A stretch of 64,000 nucleotides of DNA from the NCBI GenBank assembly GCA_007695115.1, contig REEK01000116.1, positions 23,944 to 87,943 on the forward strand, written 5' to 3'. Below the pieces are notes generated by a model, which saw nothing but the letters and a program-made list of their open reading frames with translations, was not told where the DNA came from and did not search any database. The stretch comes from Sphaerobacteraceae bacterium (GTDB lineage: Bacteria; Chloroflexota; Chloroflexia; Thermomicrobiales; Thermomicrobiaceae). The position numbers and the translations under genes are program-made. Shown here in pieces: positions 8,404-17,697 of the stretch. Position 1 is the stretch's first letter; each line of letters starts with the position of its first letter.

Positions 8404-10635
8404 TTGGCAGTTCGTGCAGAGCAGCAACCGCAACAGTCCACACGGTCATTCAGAGACACACCACTGATTCAGTCGTTTCTCTCGACCCTGCTCATCTTTA
8501 CCGCTGTGCTTGCGTTTGCGGTGGCGGGTCTGGCAGCGGCGGTTGTCGGTTATGGACTGTACTACGGTGATCAGGTGTATCCCGGCGTGCAAGCGGTAGG
8601 GATTGATATCGGTGGCGTTTCGCGGGATGAAGCGACGGCGGCAATCGATGAGAGAACTAACGCGTATCTGGAAACGCCGGTCACTTTCCAATCAGGTGAT
8701 CAGACATTTCAGGCAACGCCGGCCGAGCTCGGGGTTACCTTCGATACCGAGCGAACAGTCGATCGTGCCTATGAGTTCGGACGGACCGGCAACTGGTGGA
8801 CCGATTCACGAGACTGGTTCGATTCTCTGATGGACGGCCACGACGTCGGGGTAACGCCGGTTATCGATCACGGTGCTCTTGAATCGTTCTACATGTCGAT
8901 TGCTGGCTCAGTTGGTGCAGCGCCGCAGGTTCCAAACTTTAGTTTGACGACTGATGGCCAGCTGCAGATGTCCCAATCGGCGAATGGTCTGGGAATCGAG
9001 CCAGGTGAAACTACTCGAAATCTGCGTAGTGAGCTTTCAGTCCTCGGTGATGGTCCGATTGATATTGCAACCGTTGAAGTTGCACCGGCATATACCGAGG
9101 AAGCACTCGATCCACTCGGACAGCAACTCAGCGAGATCGTCTCCGACGAGTTCGTGATGGAGCGAGGCGAATATCAGTGGGTGCTGGACTCGCACCGACT
9201 CGATGCACTGCTTAACATTGAAATTGATCCGGAGACAGGTGAATCGGACCTCTCGCTCGATATGGATCGGTTGCACCACCACATCAGTAATCTGGCTGAA
9301 TACGCCCATCAGGAGGGGCGTGACGCACGGGTCACGTGGACCGGAGAATCGTTCGAAGTGCGTTCGGCTGTCGATGGCTGGTCAATAGATGTTGACGAGT
9401 CAGTCGAAATCGTCGCTAGTGCAATCATGGCCGGTGAGCGCCGCGCTGAACTGTCGACGACAGAGACTGCGGCAAGCATCACCACCGATGTAGCCGAAGA
9501 AGCGGCCGATTACGGAAATCAGCTGGCCACGGATCCGTTTGATCTGACCTGGTCCGAAGGCGAAACACAGCTCGGTGGTACCGTTATCGCCGCAGCCCTG
9601 ACGCTTGATCATGATTCGGATGCCGGCACGATCACCCCGTCGATCTCTCACGATGACCTGGTGATGTTCCTTGGAAGTATCTCTCCGGATGTAGATGTTC
9701 GACCAGTCAACGCCGATCTTCGCTACATCGATGGCGAAGTCATCGTCACAGGCGATGAAGAGTATGGCTGGGAGATGGATCGGGAAGCATCGGCTTCCGC
9801 GATCGCCGAAGCTATCGAAGCCGGTGAGACCAGCGCCGAGATCATTGTGAATGAGGCAGAACCAGAAGTAACCGCCGATATGGCTGATGAGATCGAGATT
9901 CGCGAGATGCTTTCCTACGGAGAGACGTACTACAGCGGATCTGCGGCAAACCGTGCCCACAATGTCGAGCTGTCAACCGAGCGCGCTAATGGAGCGATGG
10001 TGCCACCCGGTGGTACCTACTCGTTCGTCGAGTCAATCGGTGGTGAGATCAGCACAGATGTCGGATATGAACAGGGCTTCGGTATTGTTGCCACAGACGG
10101 CGGCGTAAGCACTGTCCCATCCGTGGGCGGTGGCGTTTGCCAGGTCTCGACAACGGTCTTCCAGGCCGCTTTCTGGGCCGGGCTGGAGATTGGTGAGCGG
10201 AACTGGCACCTCTACTGGATGCCTCTGTACGGTCAGGATCCGAGTGGAATGACCGGGCTTGATGCTACGGTCGATACCTCTGCCGGACTTGACTTCACCT
10301 TCAAGAACACGACTGACGACTGGATCGCGATCGTTGCCACGGCAGACGGCAATGCCAACCGGTTCGAGATCTGGGGAACTGATCCCGACTGGGAAATTGA
10401 GACCCTGGGACCGGAAATCACGAACCGCGTCAGCGCATCGCAGGAGACGGTCATCGAAGAGACTGATGAATTCCCGAGTGGGTATCGATCCCAGGTGGAA
10501 ACGGCACACGACGGGTTCGATGTTGAGATCATTCGCCGCGTCTTCAACAGTGATGGTGACCAGATCGACGATCTGGTCCTGAACAGCAAGTACGAGCCAG
10601 CTTCGAATCGGATTCTCGTTGGGACTGGCGAGTAG
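8404..10635 (+). CDS. VanW-domain protein with an N-terminal membrane anchor
   Basis: 743 aa. One N-terminal TM helix (LLIFTAVLAFAVAGLAAAVVGYGL). The C-terminal block GGTYSF...VGGGVCQVSTTVFQAAFWAGL...WHLYWMPLYG matches the VanW family. Very acidic overall. TTG start. Confidence 0.8.
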   Translation: MAVRAEQQPQQSTRSFRDTPLIQSFLSTLLIFTAVLAFAVAGLAAAVVGYGLYYGDQVYPGVQAVGIDIGGVSRDEATAAIDERTNAYLETPVTFQSGDQTFQATPAELGVTFDTERTVDRAYEFGRTGNWWTDSRDWFDSLMDGHDVGVTPVIDHGALESFYMSIAGSVGAAPQVPNFSLTTDGQLQMSQSANGLGIEPGETTRNLRSELSVLGDGPIDIATVEVAPAYTEEALDPLGQQLSEIVSDEFVMERGEYQWVLDSHRLDALLNIEIDPETGESDLSLDMDRLHHHISNLAEYAHQEGRDARVTWTGESFEVRSAVDGWSIDVDESVEIVASAIMAGERRAELSTTETAASITTDVAEEAADYGNQLATDPFDLTWSEGETQLGGTVIAAALTLDHDSDAGTITPSISHDDLVMFLGSISPDVDVRPVNADLRYIDGEVIVTGDEEYGWEMDREASASAIAEAIEAGETSAEIIVNEAEPEVTADMADEIEIREMLSYGETYYSGSAANRAHNVELSTERANGAMVPPGGTYSFVESIGGEISTDVGYEQGFGIVATDGGVSTVPSVGGGVCQVSTTVFQAAFWAGLEIGERNWHLYWMPLYGQDPSGMTGLDATVDTSAGLDFTFKNTTDDWIAIVATADGNANRFEIWGTDPDWEIETLGPEITNRVSASQETVIEETDEFPSGYRSQVETAHDGFDVEIIRRVFNSDGDQIDDLVLNSKYEPASNRILVGTGE

Positions 10636-10776
10636 CCGCTCGTTCGAGCCCGTTTGATTGAATGATGATCTAATCTGGTTGCAGGCCCTGCGGGGCCTGC
10701 TCCTGTATGAGCGGCATGGTGCACTCAACAGCGAAACGCATCACGACTGACGACATTAGCAGAATCGAGCAATACC

Positions 10777-11970
10777 GTGAGATTTAGACTTCCTGATTCA
10801 AAGTATTTGATCGCCGGAGCGGCGTTCGGGGCAGTGGTTGGTGCATGGGCTGGCTCGAAGAGCCGGGACTTCATCTCCCAGGGCGAAGTTCCCTCCCTGA
10901 TCGACTGGCAGGGTGCGAGAGCCTTTGCGGCCAGAATGAACACGCAGTCTCGCCTTGACGCTGATACTCGAGCGGAACTCAACGAATACTACGCAACTCT
11001 CGTGGATGAGGCGACGCCAATCGTGGCCGAATACACCGGTATGGAGCTTCCCTATCACCTGACCGGAGTCTATGCGTTTGATCGAATTGACTGGGTAGAT
11101 GCGAACGTCGTGAATTTCCAGTCGCTCTTCGAGCCGATCGAGCAACTCAATCCGCTCCGTCAGGACCCGAATGCATCGAGCTTCAACCTCGCCTGGGGAA
11201 CCGTGAATCAGCGGATTCTCACCGCGGAGATAGGACTGCTGCTGGGGTACCTTGGCCGTCGGGTGCTCGGCCAGTACGACATGACGTTGCTGGGACGAGA
11301 ACCTGTCGAAGGAGGACGACTCTATTTCGTTCATCCAAACATCCAGAACGTGGAAAAGAATCTGCGTCTGCCGTCCCAGGATTTCCGGCTCTGGCTCGCG
11401 CTGCATGAAGTGACCCACGCGTTCGAGTTCGAGGCCAATCCATGGCTTCAGGAGCACTTCAACGGCCTGCTGAAAGAGTACATCTCGTTCCTCAACAAGG
11501 ACGCTGAACATCTGAAACGCGGGATGGATGGGCTGAAGATCTTCTGGCGACGAGCGAAAAATGGTGAATCGATATCCGGCAACTGGTTCGAATATGTGAT
11601 GAACAAGGAGCAGCGGGATCTGTTCAACCGGATGCAGGCACTCATGTCGGTTGTCGAAGGCTATAGCAATCACGTGATGAATGCGGTCGGCCGTGAGTTG
11701 ATCCCCAGCTACGAGGTCATTTCTCGACGATTCGAGCGACGTTTGCGACAGCGCACGATGGTCGAAGTGCTCTTCGCACGGATAACCGGCCTCGATGTGA
11801 AGATGGAGCAATACCGCAAGGGTGAGGCGTTCATCGAGGCGCTGGTTGCCGAGGGTGGGCATGATTTCGCGAAACGTGTCTGGGAAGGCCCCGAGATGAT
11901 TCCCGGCATCGAAGAGATCGATGACCCCCAGCTCTGGATCGACCGCGTTCGCGCGGGCGTTTCCACCTAG
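10777..11970 (+). CDS. Zinc-dependent metalloprotease (DUF2342 / F420-biosynthesis-associated type)
   Basis: 397 aa. HExxH motif present (LALHEVTHAFEF). Overall layout resembles the actinobacterial/chloroflexal DUF2342 family. The stop TAG shares the tetranucleotide CTAG with the convergent purH stop. Confidence 0.75.
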   Translation: MRFRLPDSKYLIAGAAFGAVVGAWAGSKSRDFISQGEVPSLIDWQGARAFAARMNTQSRLDADTRAELNEYYATLVDEATPIVAEYTGMELPYHLTGVYAFDRIDWVDANVVNFQSLFEPIEQLNPLRQDPNASSFNLAWGTVNQRILTAEIGLLLGYLGRRVLGQYDMTLLGREPVEGGRLYFVHPNIQNVEKNLRLPSQDFRLWLALHEVTHAFEFEANPWLQEHFNGLLKEYISFLNKDAEHLKRGMDGLKIFWRRAKNGESISGNWFEYVMNKEQRDLFNRMQALMSVVEGYSNHVMNAVGRELIPSYEVISRRFERRLRQRTMVEVLFARITGLDVKMEQYRKGEAFIEALVAEGGHDFAKRVWEGPEMIPGIEEIDDPQLWIDRVRAGVST

Positions 11971-13496
11971 TGTCGGAAATGCCGGATCCCGGTCATGACC
12001 ATTGCTGCTCCAGCTTGATTAGCGGCGGCGATGGTCTCCGGGTCCCGGGCGGACCCACCTGGCTGGGCAATTGCCGTTACCCCGGCATTGACGGCCACTT
12101 CAACGCCATCTGCGAACGGGAAGAATGCATCGCTGGCCAGCACGGCGCCCTGAGCGCGTGATCCGGCACGTTCGATTGCCATGCGGACAGAGTCGACCCG
12201 GTTCGGCTGTCCTCCGCAGATTCCGACCGTGCCATTTCCCTGAACCAGCACGATCGCGTTCGACTTGACGTGTTTGACGACCGTCCAGGCGAACGCCAGT
12301 TGTTCCAGTTCTTCCGCCGTCGGTGTGCGATCCGTAGCGACAGACCATGTCGATGGATCTGGCGCGACCTGATCTGCGGACTGGACGAGAAATCCGCCGG
12401 GGATCATTCTGACTTCCTGGTCCGGCACCTTCTGCGCGGCCGAAACGTCGATCACCTTCAGGCCCTTGCGCTTGACGAGGCGCGCCTTTGCTTCATCGGC
12501 GTATCCAGGCGCCAGCAGGACGTCGTATTTCCGCTGGGCGATGACACCTGCAAGGGTGTCATCCACCGGGCGGTTCAGCGCAATAACGCCACCGAAGGCC
12601 GATACAGGATCGCCAGCAAGCGCGTTTTCAAATGCCGTGACGATTTCGTGATCGACCGCGATGCCGCAGGGAACGTTGTGCTTGACGATGACCGCAGCTG
12701 GCTGATCGAACTCCTGAACGGCCTGCCACGCAGCGGCGGCATCCAGATAATTGTTGTAGGAGATCGCCGTTTCCGTGATGACATTCCAGCCGCCGATCCC
12801 GCGCAGGCTGTCAGGCCCGTGAAGGCGATAGACGGCGGCTTCCTGGTGCGGGTTTTCACCGTATCGGAGTGACTCGAGTTTTCTGCCACTCAGCGCGAGT
12901 TCGTCAGGCATCGTCTCGTCTGTGAGGTATCCCGACACCATCGCGTCATAGGCTGCGGTGTGGGAGAACGCTTGCGCTGCAAGCTGTCTCCGGGTGGCGG
13001 CGTCAATGCCATCGACCCCATGCTCCTGGATCAGCGTGCCGACCTTCTCGTAATCATCCGGATCAACGATGACGGTGACATGCTGGTGGTTCTTCGCAGC
13101 TGCGCGGATCATTGCCGGTCCACCGATGTCGATGTTCTCGATCGCATCCTCGTCGGAGACACCCTCGCGGCTGATCGTTTCCTCGAACGGGTACAGGTTG
13201 CAGACAAGCACGTCGATCGGCTCAATATTGTGTTCCCGTGCTTGTCGGACATGCTCTGGAACATCTCTGAGGTAGAGGAGTCCGCCATGAATCAGCGGAT
13301 GAAGCGTCTTGACCCGGCCGTCGAACAGCTCCGGAAAACGGGTAGCATCATCGACAGGGGTTACTGGAATGCCGGCATCTCTGATAGCTCGCATGGTTCC
13401 GCCCGTTGATAGCAGCTCCAGTCCGGCTTCGTGGAGCGTCCGGGCGATTGATTCGATACCCGATTTGTTCGACACACTGATGAGCGCACGCGGCAT
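11967..13496 (-). CDS. purH: Bifunctional AICAR transformylase / IMP cyclohydrolase
   Basis: 509 aa. N-terminal MGS-like domain (RALISVSNKSG...STGGT) followed by the AICARFT domain. Confidence 0.96.
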   Translation of the reverse strand: MPRALISVSNKSGIESIARTLHEAGLELLSTGGTMRAIRDAGIPVTPVDDATRFPELFDGRVKTLHPLIHGGLLYLRDVPEHVRQAREHNIEPIDVLVCNLYPFEETISREGVSDEDAIENIDIGGPAMIRAAAKNHQHVTVIVDPDDYEKVGTLIQEHGVDGIDAATRRQLAAQAFSHTAAYDAMVSGYLTDETMPDELALSGRKLESLRYGENPHQEAAVYRLHGPDSLRGIGGWNVITETAISYNNYLDAAAAWQAVQEFDQPAAVIVKHNVPCGIAVDHEIVTAFENALAGDPVSAFGGVIALNRPVDDTLAGVIAQRKYDVLLAPGYADEAKARLVKRKGLKVIDVSAAQKVPDQEVRMIPGGFLVQSADQVAPDPSTWSVATDRTPTAEELEQLAFAWTVVKHVKSNAIVLVQGNGTVGICGGQPNRVDSVRMAIERAGSRAQGAVLASDAFFPFADGVEVAVNAGVTAIAQPGGSARDPETIAAANQAGAAMVMTGIRHFRH

Positions 13497-13591
13497 TGGG
13501 GGTCAGCGTCCTTCCTGCATGGTTCAACGTCATTCATCGCCGGTCTGGGTATGGATGAGCAAGCAGTGACGCAGACCGATCGGCCGGACAA

Positions 13592-14167
13592 TCAGAGCTT
13601 GTTGACGACGAGTTTGGAGACCGCGCGCAGCGTCTCGAAGACACCTTTGCCCTCTGGAGCAACGGCCTCGAAGCGCGGCGCTTTGATCGTGTTGAGATAC
13701 CGGTCGAGAACCGGAGTCGGCAAGGCGTCTGGCATGTCCATCTTGTTGTATTGCATGACGATTGGGTAGTCCAGGAACCGTTTCCCCTGCGTCGTCAGGT
13801 TCTGCGCAAGCTCACGCAGGCTCTGCAGGTTATCGGCCAGACGATCACGTTGCGCGTCGGCAACGAACACCACCCCATCGGCACCGTTCAACACTGCCAC
13901 GCGGGTGCGCTCGTACAGTACCTGACCGGGGACCGTGTAGAGATGGAATCGAATGGTGAACCCGTGCACCTTACCGAGATCGAGCGGCAGGAAATCGAAA
14001 AACAGGGTGCGCTCGGTTTCGGTTGCGATCGACAGCAGATCACCTTTTGTCGTTGACGGGATACGGGAATGAATATACTGCAGGTTGGTCGTCTTTCCAG
14101 ACAAACCAGGTCCGTAGTACACGATCTTTCCGTGAATCTCTTTCGCGGCGACATTGATTAACGCCAT
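13592..14167 (-). CDS. mglA: MglA-family Ras-like small GTPase
   Basis: 191 aa. Long colinear blocks match M. xanthus MglA as I recall it: KIVYYGPGLSGKTTNLQYI, RTLFFDFLPL, RFHLYTVPGQV, DGVVFVAD, YNKMD. Confidence 0.92.
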   Translation of the reverse strand: MALINVAAKEIHGKIVYYGPGLSGKTTNLQYIHSRIPSTTKGDLLSIATETERTLFFDFLPLDLGKVHGFTIRFHLYTVPGQVLYERTRVAVLNGADGVVFVADAQRDRLADNLQSLRELAQNLTTQGKRFLDYPIVMQYNKMDMPDALPTPVLDRYLNTIKAPRFEAVAPEGKGVFETLRAVSKLVVNKL

Positions 14168-14182
14168 TGACTGATCGCAACC

Positions 14183-14719
14183 CTAATCATTCTCTTCGTC
14201 GCGGTCTTTCGCTTCGTCATCGCTGAAGACGAGGTCGATCGTGTCCGTCGTAGCCTGAAGCATCCTGCGCGAGAATCCAGAGTTTTCGCTGACTGGTCTA
14301 CTCTGGGCAACCTCAAGGACATTCCCGAGGATGCTTGTCGTTCGTTTCGCCAGCACCTTGATAAGTCCCAGATGAGCCTGCTGATCAAAGATGATGACCA
14401 GCAACCAGTGATTGGCCACTGTCTCAGTGATGATCTTCTCACGCAACCCTTCCTGAAGCAGTGTCCGAAAACTGTCTTCATTGAGGATCCGGGCAATCTC
14501 CTGAGTTGATGCGTAGGTTGCCGCCAGGAGTGCCCCGAGGTGAGTCATCTCCGGTCGGAGCCCATCACTTTCGTAAGCTAGAATCTGGCCTGATCGGTCG
14601 ACCACCATCGTGTAGGAGGCACCGGTGTCCGCGAGCAACCGTTGGAGACAGGCGCTGATCTGCGCCGTATCCTCTTCGGTCACTCGCAGGTTACTGAGAT
14701 CGGGATCGAACTCATACAT
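14183..14719 (-). CDS. mglB: Roadblock/LC7-domain protein, MglB-like (putative GAP for MglA)
   Basis: 178 aa. Roadblock fold pattern (ASYTMVVDRSGQILAYES...HLGALLAATYAST...WLLVIIFD). Stop lies 15 nt upstream of the mglA start. Acidic C-terminal tail. Confidence 0.8.
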   Translation of the reverse strand: MYEFDPDLSNLRVTEEDTAQISACLQRLLADTGASYTMVVDRSGQILAYESDGLRPEMTHLGALLAATYASTQEIARILNEDSFRTLLQEGLREKIITETVANHWLLVIIFDQQAHLGLIKVLAKRTTSILGNVLEVAQSRPVSENSGFSRRMLQATTDTIDLVFSDDEAKDRDEEND

Positions 14720-14764
14720 CGAGTGCTCCGGATACCATCCAGCCCCGAAACGGGCAACACGACG

Positions 14765-15835
14765 TTACGATGCGGACATTCCGTGCAATGCGACTCGCTC
14801 ATCTGGTGAAGTCGCGCTGCGGATCTCGCCGATTATGTGGGCTTGCCGGTCGTCATCAGCGATCTGGCGGGCCAGGTCGGCATCGGCCACCAGAATGAAT
14901 CCGACACCCATATTGAACACATCATACATCTCGGTCGACGCCACATCGCCGCGTTGCTGTATCAATTTGAATAGCGGAAGTTCGGGCCACGAGCCGATCT
15001 GAATCACCGCCGTGCAATCGTCCGGAATGATCCGTTCCAGATTGCCTGCAATGCCGCCCCCGGTGATGTGGGCCAGGCCATGCACCATGCCAGTATCCAG
15101 ATAAGGCACGATCTGATGCAGGTAGGAAGGATGCGGGCGAAGCAGGGCATCTCCCAGCGATTCACCAAGCGTCTCCGGAATGTCAGCGAGACGTGATCTG
15201 GACGAATCTACGTCCTCATCGGACAGGCCGAGTACAGCACGAGCGAGTGAATACCCATTGGTATGCAGGCCGTTGCTGGCAAAGCCGACGATGAGCTGGC
15301 CCTCTGCGATCGACGAACCATCGATCATGTTTGCTTCCTCAACAGTGCCTACCATGAAACCGGCCAGATCATAGGTCGATTCCTGGTAGATCCCCGGAAG
15401 CTGTGCGGTCTCACCACCGACGAGCGCACAGCCGGCATCAACGCAAGCGCTGGTCATGCCTTCCATGATGTCGGCAAGTACGGCTTCATCGAGGCCCGAG
15501 GTTGCAAAGTAGTCGAGAAAAAAGAGCGGTCGGGCTCCGCAGCAGAGGATATCGTTGACGCTGTGGTTGACGAGGTCCACACCTATGCCTCGATGTTCAC
15601 CAGCCAAAACCGCGAGCAATACCTTCGTGCCCACGCTGTCTGCACTGGACACCAGAATCGACGATGGGTTCCCGGGACTCCGGAACATTCCGCCGAAGTG
15701 ACCGAAGTCACCGATCACGTCGGGCGTATACGTGCCCCGAACCATTTCACCGATCCGCGCCTTGGCCCGTGCTCCGCTGGTGTTATCCACGCCAGCTTTC
15801 TGGTAGGTGAATCCAGATGATGACTGATCACTCAC
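14765..15835 (-). CDS. purM: Phosphoribosylformylglycinamidine cyclo-ligase (AIR synthetase)
   Basis: 356 aa. YQKAGVD, GHFGGMF and SADSVGTKV blocks are typical of PurM. Confidence 0.96.
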   Translation of the reverse strand: MSDQSSSGFTYQKAGVDNTSGARAKARIGEMVRGTYTPDVIGDFGHFGGMFRSPGNPSSILVSSADSVGTKVLLAVLAGEHRGIGVDLVNHSVNDILCCGARPLFFLDYFATSGLDEAVLADIMEGMTSACVDAGCALVGGETAQLPGIYQESTYDLAGFMVGTVEEANMIDGSSIAEGQLIVGFASNGLHTNGYSLARAVLGLSDEDVDSSRSRLADIPETLGESLGDALLRPHPSYLHQIVPYLDTGMVHGLAHITGGGIAGNLERIIPDDCTAVIQIGSWPELPLFKLIQQRGDVASTEMYDVFNMGVGFILVADADLARQIADDDRQAHIIGEIRSATSPDERVALHGMSAS

Positions 15836-15846
15836 GTTCTCAGCCC

Positions 15847-16212
15847 CTAGGCCTGTTCTACCGCGTGATTCAGCTTGTCGAGGGATCGCCGGATCAGCAA
15901 CCGCACGCGACCCAGATTACTGGTCCCTGAACCAACAATGACCAGGAGAAGGTCTTCGTTGAGCGGAGAAAGGATCACGAGATTGTTTTCATATTCGAGG
16001 ATGACGTCTCGAGCTGGTCCTTGCTGAAGCTCACGACCAAGTGAATCCATCATGAGCAGCCCACTTGCCGCAACCGTGGCAACGGCCTCTGCGTCGATTT
16101 CGTCGCTATGTGCAGACTCGATGACGAGCCCATCGTGACTGACAACCGAGGCAAGTTCGAGCCCGGCTGATTCTTTTAGCTCACTTAGTGCGGCTTCGAG
16201 CGCCACTGTCAT
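15847..16212 (-). CDS. Stand-alone Roadblock/LC7-domain protein
   Basis: About 121 aa. Pattern LASVVSHDGLVIES...VAASGLLMMDSLGREL...LLLVIVG is typical of Robl_LC7. Start taken as ATG 16212 (GAAGGAG 5 nt upstream); GTG 16215 is also possible. Confidence 0.8.
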   Translation of the reverse strand: MTVALEAALSELKESAGLELASVVSHDGLVIESAHSDEIDAEAVATVAASGLLMMDSLGRELQQGPARDVILEYENNLVILSPLNEDLLLVIVGSGTSNLGRVRLLIRRSLDKLNHAVEQA

Positions 16213-16253
16213 CACCGCTCCTTCAATGCATACGACTGCGCTTATCCGAAACC

Positions 16254-16259
16254 ATTATA
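16254..16259 (-). promoter_or_regulatory. Candidate -10 box (TATAAT) upstream of the Roadblock-purM-mglBA string
   Basis: Perfect TATAAT on the minus strand about 40 nt upstream of the Roadblock start. No good -35 element. Confidence 0.3.
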
Positions 16260-16323
16260 GACAGACTTCGAGTCTGGCTGCAGGGGACGTTCGTACGGGG
16301 GGCTGGCGAACGCGACCTTAGTA

Positions 16324-17592
16324 CTAGAGTGATTCGCCGATCGAGGACGTCGTCTTGTACGGCTCGAAGTGCGCCGCCAGATTCTTCGGGATTCGGCCAG
16401 ATATCAGCGTTCCGTCTTCTCGATAGATTGCGTCATCGACGTGCCCGCGCCGGTGGAACAGGTCGACCAGCTGGGTCTCCGTGTACGGAACGAGAACCTG
16501 AAGATCCACAAACGCCCCCTGTTCAGAGAGCATCCCGGCAATACGATCTGTCAGAAGATCGATGCCGACTCCTTTGTGTGCCGAGATTGGGACATAATGC
16601 TCGGAGAGTCCCATGTTCTCTCGCAACTGCTCCGGGGAGACATCGTCACCGAGTCGATCCACTTTATTGAGTGCGGTGATCATCGGGAGATCGTCAGCAC
16701 CCAGATCCTCGATAATCGAGTGAACGGTCTGGGCCTGCTGAAATGCGTTCGGATGCGTGACATCCAGAACGTGAACCAGCAATGTCGCTTCCAGAACCTC
16801 TTCGAGGGTGGCTCGGAATGCCGCAACGAGCTGGGTTGGCAGGTTGTTGATAAACCCGACGGTGTCGGTCATCAGGATCGTCTGGGATCCGGGCAAATCG
16901 ACTCGACGGGTCGTCGGATCGAGGGTTGCAAACAGCTCGTCGCGGGCAATGACGTCGGAATCAGCCAGCCGGTTCAGTAACGTCGATTTGCCGGCGTTTG
17001 TATAGCCAACCAGAGCAATCACCGGCATCCGCTGTCGCTGTCGCTGCTCGCGATAGAGCTGGCGATGACGGTGGACCTCGCTGAGTTGCTCTTTGATCCA
17101 GGTGATCCGACGACGAGATTCTCGACGGTCAACTTCGAGCTGTGTCTCACCTGGTCCACGCAGACCGGCCCCGCCGACACCTTGACGAGAAAGGTGCGTC
17201 CACATACGGGTCAGACGCGGCAGACGGTACTCGAGCTGCGCCAGTTCGACTTGCAGACGACCTTCTGAGGTACGCGCATGTTGAGCGAAGATGTCGAGGA
17301 TAAGCGCCGTTCGATCCAGAACCCGGACATCGAGTTCCTTCTCCATATTTCGAAGTTGCGATGGTGACAATTCATCATTCACCAGCACGACGGAATAGGA
17401 CAATTCTTCCTTGAGCGCGGCGAGCTCTTCGAGTTTGCCGGAACCCACGTAATGTGCCTGATGTGGGTGCCTGAGCGATTGCGACATCGAGCCCACGACC
17501 TCCAGTGAGGCCGTCTGCGCAAGCAGCGAGAGCTCTTCTAGCGCGGCACTGATGTCCCAGCCATCCTTGTGCCAGTCGACAGCAACGAGCAT
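16324..17592 (-). CDS. hflX: GTPase HflX
   Basis: 422 aa. HflX N-terminal domain followed by G1 GYTNAGKST and G3 DTVGF motifs. Confidence 0.94.
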   Translation of the reverse strand: MLVAVDWHKDGWDISAALEELSLLAQTASLEVVGSMSQSLRHPHQAHYVGSGKLEELAALKEELSYSVVLVNDELSPSQLRNMEKELDVRVLDRTALILDIFAQHARTSEGRLQVELAQLEYRLPRLTRMWTHLSRQGVGGAGLRGPGETQLEVDRRESRRRITWIKEQLSEVHRHRQLYREQRQRQRMPVIALVGYTNAGKSTLLNRLADSDVIARDELFATLDPTTRRVDLPGSQTILMTDTVGFINNLPTQLVAAFRATLEEVLEATLLVHVLDVTHPNAFQQAQTVHSIIEDLGADDLPMITALNKVDRLGDDVSPEQLRENMGLSEHYVPISAHKGVGIDLLTDRIAGMLSEQGAFVDLQVLVPYTETQLVDLFHRRGHVDDAIYREDGTLISGRIPKNLAAHFEPYKTTSSIGESL

Positions 17593-17697
17593 TGCCCGTT
17601 CGTTCGGTGATTGCGTTGGATGGGTGCTGGAAATAGCAAAGCCTCCTCATGGCTCAGTGCGGTTGTATACGTATGGTGAGACACGTAACTCAGTCTA

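Noticed and set aside
10798-11862. 354-aa minus-strand ORF
   Set aside because: It lies antisense to the HExxH metalloprotease gene. It has no motifs and has shadow-ORF composition.
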